A stretch of 36,195 bases of DNA from an uncultured Candidatus Saccharibacteria bacterium (GTDB lineage Bacteria; Patescibacteriota; Minisyncoccia; Sungbacterales; SURF-37). The stretch covers positions 1-36,195 of the forward strand of contig CAYIKH010000003.1 in assembly GCA_964363965.1 (NCBI GenBank), written 5' to 3'. Shown piece by piece: positions 7,120 through 13,231 of the stretch (the stretch's first letter is position 1; each line of letters starts with the position of its first letter). Position numbers and translations under genes: made by a program. Below the pieces are notes generated by a model that had not been told where the DNA came from, did no database searches, and saw nothing but the letters and a program-made list of their open reading frames with translations.

Positions 7120-8952
7120 CTAGGGTTTTTTCATAGTGACGATGTAGCCGGTGGCCAGGAACTTGAGTCTTGTCCGCGCCAAGCTCGCCATCCGTTCTGC
7201 CGCAGCAACCGTGAGTCTGGGGAACATGCGGTCCAGCGGAAAAAGCAAGAGTTTGAAGTTGTAGCCGGCAAAATCAGTGATTTCAAACCCATATTGTCGA
7301 GCCACTCGCCGGATGGCGGCCGCGGTGTATTCGCGGTGTTGGATAGGGTGAGGTTTATGGCCGCTCAAAGCTTGGAATGCTCTCCAAGGGAATTTAAAAA
7401 TGGCCAGTAGAATACGGTTCCAGAGCCGCCAGGGGCTCCAGAGGTTCGGAAATGAGACGATGGCTCTTCCGCTTTCTTTGAGCACACGCTTGAGCTCGCC
7501 TAGGGCATGCTGGTCACTGGAAAGGTATTCAAAAACACCAAGGGCAATGGCTATGTCGCAGGATCGTTCCGGTAGTCCAAGAGCCTCAATATTGCCGACT
7601 TGGGCCTCGAGCCGCGGGTGCCTGAATCTCGCCTTGAGGAGTTCGATCATGGCCGGCGCTATATCAATGGCCATGACCGAAGCCCCGGCCTCAAGCAGTT
7701 CTTCGGTGAGCACGCCGGGCCCGGAACCGATATCAAGCACGCGCTGGTCGCGGATTGGGCCTATCATCTCAAGGGTCAGACGTTTTCGTTCGCGGAAGGA
7801 GAAACCTTCCGGAGTCGGCTCTCCGTAGGCTTTAGCATAGGACTCCGCGCTGGTTTCAAAATATTCATCAGCCGCCAGAGCTCGCCGGGGCCGGAGCAGT
7901 TGTGAAAGCATACTTCGAATACCGGTAACTGTCAGCCGAAAAAGCCGCGGGTCATCAGTGTTATCAAGCGTGAAGCGCGGCAGGACATAAGGGTTTCTAG
8001 CCGAGCCAGCCAAGTCCGGGATAGTGCTCAACGCGGCCCTAAATCCATTCTGGCGAAGTATTGCGATTGTTGAGGCGTCAAAATCGTCTGGTTGACCGTT
8101 GGGATAGGCGAAAATATCCAGAACATCCTTGAGTCGTTGGCGAAGAAGCAAATAAGAGCCGGTTATTTCTTCTTCGGCTTCCGCCGGCGTGAGCCGCGAG
8201 AGGATTGAGTGCGAGCGCGTATGGGCGCCGATGGTAATGCCAGAGCCCTGCATCTCCTTAATTTGCTCCCAGGAAAGGCCGCGGTAGGGCGAGGCCGAAA
8301 AGGTTTTTGCCAACTCGGCTCCGGCTTGATTTTCAACCGCCTCAAGCAGTTTGCTTCCGGCGCGGGCCGTAAGCAGTTTGATGCGTTGGCGGATGGTTTG
8401 GTCGCTCGCGCACCGTTCGGCCAAGGTTGAAAGCGGAAATTCGCGAAACGCCCCGTCCCACGGCAGAATAATGGAATTTTTCCGGCTGTGGCCAATGGCA
8501 TATTCCAGTCGGTCAAACCACAGCGGTTTTCCCGGTTGAACCAGGTCAGTGGCCACGAATACGCTCGCCGGGATGTTGAGCCGCCTTAAATGCGGAAAAG
8601 CGTGAGTGTAGACGTTGTCGTAGCCGTCGTCAAAAGTAATGGCCAGCGCCCGAGGCGGAAGCTGGCCTGGCCCGGCCAGCCGTTCCACCAGTTCGGCCAG
8701 GGGCAGAATAACATAATGCCGTTTTAACCAGACGAGTTGTTCGGCAAAAGCTTGCGGGCCGATGAATTTTTTACGGTAGTTGAATATGCCCTCACCCGAG
8801 CGCGGTGGAATTACGCCATGATAGAGAACAATTGTCGCCTGATCGCGGCGCGAGAGAAGGGCCAGACGCGGCAGCTGGAGGATATCGAGCGCCGTGAAGA
8901 GCCACTGCTTGGCCGTGTTTCCGGCGGCAGTTGGGAAAAATGCTATCATCAA
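7120..8952 (-). CDS. Polysaccharide deacetylase (CE4/NodB) fused to class I SAM-dependent methyltransferase
   Basis: CE4 motifs TFDDG, HTRSH and YPNG in the N-terminal ~330 aa. Methyltransferase motif VLDIGSGPGVLTEELL...AIDIAP and DIAIALGVFEYL in the C-terminal ~220 aa. TTG at 8952; the second codon is an ATG (8947-8949), the likelier start. Confidence 0.85.
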   Translation of the reverse strand: MMIAFFPTAAGNTAKQWLFTALDILQLPRLALLSRRDQATIVLYHGVIPPRSGEGIFNYRKKFIGPQAFAEQLVWLKRHYVILPLAELVERLAGPGQLPPRALAITFDDGYDNVYTHAFPHLRRLNIPASVFVATDLVQPGKPLWFDRLEYAIGHSRKNSIILPWDGAFREFPLSTLAERCASDQTIRQRIKLLTARAGSKLLEAVENQAGAELAKTFSASPYRGLSWEQIKEMQGSGITIGAHTRSHSILSRLTPAEAEEEITGSYLLLRQRLKDVLDIFAYPNGQPDDFDASTIAILRQNGFRAALSTIPDLAGSARNPYVLPRFTLDNTDDPRLFRLTVTGIRSMLSQLLRPRRALAADEYFETSAESYAKAYGEPTPEGFSFRERKRLTLEMIGPIRDQRVLDIGSGPGVLTEELLEAGASVMAIDIAPAMIELLKARFRHPRLEAQVGNIEALGLPERSCDIAIALGVFEYLSSDQHALGELKRVLKESGRAIVSFPNLWSPWRLWNRILLAIFKFPWRAFQALSGHKPHPIQHREYTAAAIRRVARQYGFEITDFAGYNFKLLLFPLDRMFPRLTVAAAERMASLARTRLKFLATGYIVTMKKP

Positions 8953-9001
8953 GATAAAAGAAGCCGAAAGGTATGATGCATGGGTAGAATATAACAGCGT
9001 G

Positions 9002-10159
9002 ATGCAAGCCGGTCAAAACAAGCTACGAGTTCTTAGCATCGGCACGGATGCGACAATTTTTGAATCTGGCGCCCCTAGCCGAACTCGCCTCCAGGCTTAT
9101 GCGCAGTGTTTGGACGAGCTACACGTCATTAGTTACACTAGTTACTCATCCCAGTTTCAAGCCGAGCACATCAGCCCCAATATCTGGTTTTACCCGGCCA
9201 GTTCCCACTTATTTTCCCTACAGCCGTTTCATGCTTTTCGGATCGGGAAACGCATTATTGGGGAGCGGAAAATCAATATTATAAGCGTTCAGGATCCGGC
9301 CGAATCCGGGCTGGCCGGATGGCTGCTTAAGCTAAAAACCGGTCTGTCGCTTCATATTCAGGTCCATGCCGATTTTTTCAGCCCGTATTTCCGCCGTAAT
9401 TCCTGGAAAGAGCGGCTCCGGTATTGGTTAGCGCTATTTCTCATTCCGAGGGGCGATGCCTTTCGGGTTGTGTCACCGCGCATCAAACATTCCCTTGAAT
9501 CAAGATTCATGATTCATGGATCAAGAATCGCGGTGTTGCCCATTTTCGTGGATCGGGAGCGGATCGCGTCGGCAGAGCCAGCATTTAATCTCCATCAAAA
9601 ATACCCGCAGTTTGACTTCATTATCCTCGTAGTTTCGCGGTTATTCCGTGAGAAGAATATTAGCCTGGCCATTGAGGCTTTTTGCGAACTTTTGAAAGAA
9701 TTTCCGAAAACTGGGCTGGTGATTGTCGGCAACGGACCGGAGCACAAGAAGTTAAAAGTTAAAAGTGAAAAGTTAAAAATTGCGGTGAGTGTTCACTTTG
9801 AGGGTTGGCAGGAGGATTTGGTTTCTTATTACAAAACAGCCGATCTTTATCTTTTGACATCGAATTTCGAGGGTTATGGCCGCACAGTTATTGAGGCCGC
9901 GGCCGCCGGATTGCCGATAATCATGACTGATGTTGGGGTGGCCGGCGAGATCATTCGTGAAGGCGAGAACGGCCGCGTGATCGGAGTAGGCGATAAAGCG
10001 TCATTTGTCAAAGCCCTGATTGAGGTCCGCCGTAATTATGCGGCAAAGCAAAAAATGGCCGAGCAGGCGCGAAGAAAAGTCATTGAAGCTGAACCTCGAA
10101 CGTTTGAGGCGTACCTTGGAGAATATCGCAAATCTTATGAAGATATTTTACGTAACTAA
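9002..10159 (+). CDS. GT4 glycosyltransferase
   Basis: Start moved to the ATG at 9002 (MQAGQNKLRVLSIGTD...), because the longer ORF from 8894 would overlap the divergent gene. GNGPE motif and E-X7-E (FEGYGRTVIEA). Confidence 0.85.
   Translation: MQAGQNKLRVLSIGTDATIFESGAPSRTRLQAYAQCLDELHVISYTSYSSQFQAEHISPNIWFYPASSHLFSLQPFHAFRIGKRIIGERKINIISVQDPAESGLAGWLLKLKTGLSLHIQVHADFFSPYFRRNSWKERLRYWLALFLIPRGDAFRVVSPRIKHSLESRFMIHGSRIAVLPIFVDRERIASAEPAFNLHQKYPQFDFIILVVSRLFREKNISLAIEAFCELLKEFPKTGLVIVGNGPEHKKLKVKSEKLKIAVSVHFEGWQEDLVSYYKTADLYLLTSNFEGYGRTVIEAAAAGLPIIMTDVGVAGEIIREGENGRVIGVGDKASFVKALIEVRRNYAAKQKMAEQARRKVIEAEPRTFEAYLGEYRKSYEDILRN
9751..9778 (+). repeat. Heptanucleotide tandem repeat (gttaaaa x4, one with t>g) inside a GT4 ORF
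   Basis: gttaaaa gttaaaa gtgaaaa gttaaaa directly after the GNGPEHK codons. Encodes LKVKSEKLK. Confidence 0.8.
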
Positions 10160-11351
10160 CGCCCGCCTCCCGACGGAAAAAGCTCATGGTTTGGCCACGA
10201 TCAAGCTCTGTGAAGCCTTTGCCAAGGAGGGGATTGAGGTCACAGTTTTTTGTCCGTGGCGGGTTAACCCCGTTAGAGGCAAGCCGCCGCCGGCGGCTGC
10301 CGCGCCATCGGTGCGGGCCTCTAACGGGGTAAATCCTCTCAAGCAGGATCTTTATGGCTATTATCGGGTCCAGCGCAATTTTAAGGTTTGCTTTTTGCCG
10401 AGCTTTGATTTTTTGTGGCTGGGATTTGGTAAGCGCTTTTTCTTTTTGCTGCAGCTTTTTTCATTTTCGAACATTGCCGCAATTTGGTTATTTTTCCGCT
10501 ACGGTATTTCCGGTCAGCTCCGTAATACAGTCATTTTTTCGCATGACCACATCCCCTTATTTTTCGTAAGCTTTTTTGCCTCAAAGATTTTTTACGACAT
10601 CCACCACTATCCCGAGGATACGCTGCTTTACCGGCGGGTTTTAGAGCGAGCCATCGGCATCGGTGTCCAGACCAGATGGAAGATTCAAAAGCTCCATGAG
10701 GATTTCGGAGTGCCGGCAGAAAAAATCGTCTATTGGCCAAACGGCACCGATATTGAGCGCTTTGACATTAGGCCTAGCGTCAAAGAGGCGCGAGCGCAGT
10801 TAAATTTACCGCAGGACAAAAGAGTTGTTCTCTACACCGGCTCGCTCCAGCGCTGGAAAGGGGTAGAGATATTACTTGAAGCCAGCCAGTTCTTGTCTCC
10901 CGAAGCGGTTGTCTACATCGTGGGCGGCAGCGAGGAGGAGATACAAAAATTCAAAATTCAAAATTCAAAATTCAAAATTAGGTTTGTTGGTCATAGGCCA
11001 TGGGCCGAAATCCCGTTGTGGCTGAAAGCCGCGGATGTTTTGGTTTTGCCCAACACCGGACGCATGAGGGTTTCGCAATATTACACCTCGCCGATGAAAT
11101 TATTTGAATACATGGCTTCGGGCCGGCCGATCGTAGCCTCGGACATTCCTTCCATACGTGAGATCGTGGATGAGACCATGGTTTTCTTTGCCACTGCCGA
11201 TGATCCAGAGTCGTTCGCTCAAGTCATCCAGCAGACACTCAACAGACCCGGGGAGGCCAGGAGTCGAGTTGAGAAGTCACTGGCCGAGGTTAAGAAATAC
11301 ACTTGGGATAACCGCGCCACACGCCTCCTGGAGCCGATGCATAAGTTATAG
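10137..11351 (+). CDS. GT4 glycosyltransferase
   Basis: Start moved to the ATG at 10137 (MKIFYVTNARLPTEKAHGLA..., a typical GT4 N-terminus), overlapping the upstream gene by 23 nt. C-terminal SPMKLFEYMASGRPIVASD motif. Confidence 0.85.
   Translation: MKIFYVTNARLPTEKAHGLATIKLCEAFAKEGIEVTVFCPWRVNPVRGKPPPAAAAPSVRASNGVNPLKQDLYGYYRVQRNFKVCFLPSFDFLWLGFGKRFFFLLQLFSFSNIAAIWLFFRYGISGQLRNTVIFSHDHIPLFFVSFFASKIFYDIHHYPEDTLLYRRVLERAIGIGVQTRWKIQKLHEDFGVPAEKIVYWPNGTDIERFDIRPSVKEARAQLNLPQDKRVVLYTGSLQRWKGVEILLEASQFLSPEAVVYIVGGSEEEIQKFKIQNSKFKIRFVGHRPWAEIPLWLKAADVLVLPNTGRMRVSQYYTSPMKLFEYMASGRPIVASDIPSIREIVDETMVFFATADDPESFAQVIQQTLNRPGEARSRVEKSLAEVKKYTWDNRATRLLEPMHKL
10264..10333. repeat. GC-rich palindromic element embedded in frame in the GT4 ORF
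   Basis: Perfect 14-bp inverted repeat accccgttagaggc (10267-10280) / gcctctaacggggt (10317-10330). The 36-nt GC-rich spacer itself contains the palindrome gccgccggcggc. Encodes PVRGKPPPAAAAPSVRASNGV between two VNP tripeptides. Confidence 0.8.
10944..10979 (+). repeat. Heptanucleotide tandem repeat (caaaatt) inside a GT4 ORF
   Basis: caaaaatt, then four perfect copies of caaaatt (10952-10979). Encodes QKFKIQNSKFKI. Confidence 0.9.
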
Positions 11352-11359
11352 TCGTGGTA

Positions 11360-11387
11360 TTGTATTTTTGCTATAATGTCGTATAAT
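11360..11387 (+). promoter_or_regulatory. Candidate sigma70-type promoter (TTGTAT - 16 nt - TATAAT)
   Basis: AT-rich gap after the GT4 stop. TATAAT occurs twice (11372-11377 and 11382-11387). TTGTAT at 11360-11365 is 16 nt upstream of the second copy. Confidence 0.35.
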
Positions 11388-11486
11388 TATATGGCTTTTT
11401 TAGGCGGCTCTTAATTTAATACAGAAATCAACCGGGATCAACGATAGAAATTCAAACAGCCGCTGATGCGGCAAGGGAGGCGGCAA

Positions 11487-12452
11487 ATGGGCAGGGTTCC
11501 GACGGTTGATGAGGTTAGGGCGCATCTCAATGCGCGCGGTCTGTTGAGACTCGTGAACGCGAGTGTGGAGCTCGTGGCCGCGCGGAATCATCTCGTATTT
11601 CGCGTGGAGAAAGCCGGGCAGGTTTTCTGCCTCCGCATGATCAACCCGGAGAGCTACCGGCGGCACGAGTGGATCACGATGGCTGAAGAGTATGCGCTCC
11701 TGCGGGCCATCGAACCCATTGGCCTGGGACCGCAGGCGTACTACCTCGACAAGCACTTCGAACCACCGTTCCTGATTCAGGAGTTCGTCCGAGCGGCGTG
11801 CTTCAACGACTTGAAGCCGCTCGCCGAGGAACACCTCACGGCCGCGGCGCGGGCCATCGCCATACTGAACGCGATGGACATCTCTCCTGCGCACTTCCCC
11901 TTCATGCGGAAGTACGTGCGGAAGGACTATGGGGGGAGCGGCCGCGTCTGGTATTTCCGGCTCTTTGACTCGCTCCGGCGTTTGCCACGGCGGGATGTTC
12001 TCCGGTGGGCCTTGCGGATTCTTCCGCTCATCGGGCGGACCATGGGGTTGCTCTCCCGTACCGCGCCGCTCCTGGGATCCGAGTTCTCCTTCCACTTCGA
12101 TGGCGCTCACTGTGGGAATACCTACTGGCGGGACGGGAGGGTACTCTTCCTCGACTGGCAAAAGGTGAGCTGGCGGAATGACCCGAGCTTCACGCTCGTC
12201 CGTTTCGCCACGTCAGCTGGCGAGGGGGGTATCGTGCCGGAGAGCGTCTGGCAGACGCTCATCGCGGCCTACACCGAAGTGCGGCCGCTTCCCGACTTCG
12301 GCGAGCTCGCTTGGGTGCGGTTTGTCGAGCGCCAAGTCGCGGATCTCGTGTGGGTTCTTTGGGATCATGCACGACGGCAAGATTCGCGGCCGGTCGAGCA
12401 AGGTACGAGCGTCGTACCGCGATACGCGGAAGTGCGGCGGATGCTCCGATAA
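11487..12452 (+). CDS. Aminoglycoside-phosphotransferase / choline-kinase-like (APH fold) kinase
   Basis: AGGGAGG at 11474-11480 lies 6 nt upstream of the ATG at 11487. Catalytic-loop-like HFDGAHCGN followed by LFLDWQ (metal-binding Asp context). Visibly more GC-rich than the flanking GT genes. Confidence 0.7.
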   Translation: MGRVPTVDEVRAHLNARGLLRLVNASVELVAARNHLVFRVEKAGQVFCLRMINPESYRRHEWITMAEEYALLRAIEPIGLGPQAYYLDKHFEPPFLIQEFVRAACFNDLKPLAEEHLTAAARAIAILNAMDISPAHFPFMRKYVRKDYGGSGRVWYFRLFDSLRRLPRRDVLRWALRILPLIGRTMGLLSRTAPLLGSEFSFHFDGAHCGNTYWRDGRVLFLDWQKVSWRNDPSFTLVRFATSAGEGGIVPESVWQTLIAAYTEVRPLPDFGELAWVRFVERQVADLVWVLWDHARRQDSRPVEQGTSVVPRYAEVRRMLR

Positions 12453-12475
12453 CTCACAAGGGAACAACTAGACGC

Positions 12476-12511
12476 GGCGGGTAGCCACTATGGGCCCGCC
12501 ATTTTTCTTTT
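12476..12511 (+). terminator. Rho-independent terminator
   Basis: Stem ggcggg (12476-12481) / cccgcc (12495-12500) followed by atttttctttt, 24 nt after the kinase stop codon. Confidence 0.55.
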
Positions 12512-12524
12512 GTTGAAAACCGGT

Positions 12525-12553
12525 TTGACCAAATCGTAGCCTGGCGTTAAAGT
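12525..12553 (+). promoter_or_regulatory. Candidate sigma70-type promoter (TTGACC - 17 nt - TAAAGT)
   Basis: Located between the terminator and the ATG at 12565. It would give a very short leader. Confidence 0.35.
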
Positions 12554-12564
12554 ATGATCGCTGT

Positions 12565-13203
12565 ATGCAGAAAAAATCCAGGGAACAAATTCAGCGCGAA
12601 TTGGTGAGGGGTTTGCTGGTTTCGCGGCGGAGGACCAAGCAGCCGGTTATTTTGGCCATGATCGGTGTTACCGGAGCGGGTCTCTCCACGGTGGCCAAAG
12701 GACTCGCCAGGCGTATTGGTTGGAGCGTGATTGAGAAGAATAGGATTCGGGTCAAGCTCCGCGAGGGAGGGCCGGGTTTCACGCCGGCCTCAACCGACCA
12801 GATCGCCTATCTCATGCTTAATCACGTCCTACGATCCAGAGGCAATGCCATTCTTGATTCGGACTGTGTAGAAAAATCAAAGCGCAAGCGCCTGGAGCGT
12901 TTGGCCAGGCGCCACAGCGGACGGGTGGTGTATCTCCACATTATCTGCGATCGCGACGTGATGATTGAGCGGATGATCCGTGCCAACTACAATCCCAAAA
13001 ACGATATTTTCAAGAGTCCGGCCATTGCCGTCCAGGAACACTGCCGACGCTATCCATGGCATTATCGTTGGTCAGCGGCTCTGGGCGGGCAATATATTCC
13101 CCGGCGGCCGCCAACTAAAGTTTTGGCCACACTCGACACCACTGGTTCTGATAAATGGAAGAAACGGCTTAAAGTAATTGCGAAGAGGTTGCGCCGAATG
13201 TAA
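12565..13203 (+). CDS. P-loop kinase-like (AAA_33 / zeta-toxin-like fold) protein with degenerate Walker A
   Basis: Walker-A-like GVTGAGLST, in which the invariant Lys is Leu (codon ctc). Overall size and layout match small nucleotide/sugar kinases. Confidence 0.55.
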   Translation: MQKKSREQIQRELVRGLLVSRRRTKQPVILAMIGVTGAGLSTVAKGLARRIGWSVIEKNRIRVKLREGGPGFTPASTDQIAYLMLNHVLRSRGNAILDSDCVEKSKRKRLERLARRHSGRVVYLHIICDRDVMIERMIRANYNPKNDIFKSPAIAVQEHCRRYPWHYRWSAALGGQYIPRRPPTKVLATLDTTGSDKWKKRLKVIAKRLRRM

Positions 13204-13231
13204 TAATGCGAGGCAGAGATGCCTCGCATTA
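13204..13231 (+). promoter_or_regulatory. Perfect 12-bp hairpin with GAGA tetraloop sequestering the SD and start codon of the downstream gene
   Basis: taatgcgaggca (13204-13215), gaga, tgcctcgcatta (13220-13231). The GAGG (13210-13213) and the ATG (13219-13221) lie inside it. The upstream stop TAA (13201-13203) abuts it. Confidence 0.75.

Noticed and set aside
8894-9001. N-terminal extension of the GT4 ORF (GTG at 8894)
   Set aside because: It would overlap the divergently transcribed deacetylase-methyltransferase gene by ~58 nt. A GT4-typical N-terminus begins right after the ATG at 9002.
10020-10136. N-terminal extension of the second GT4 ORF
   Set aside because: It lies fully inside the upstream gene in another frame and is basic and low-complexity. 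The canonical MKIFYVTN... N-terminus starts at 10137.
11400-12161. 253-aa minus-strand ORF opposite the kinase gene
   Set aside because: The Pro/Arg/Gly/Glu-rich low-complexity translation is typical of the antisense frame of a GC-rich gene. It has no SD. The plus-strand ORF has an AGGGAGG SD and recognisable APH-type motifs.
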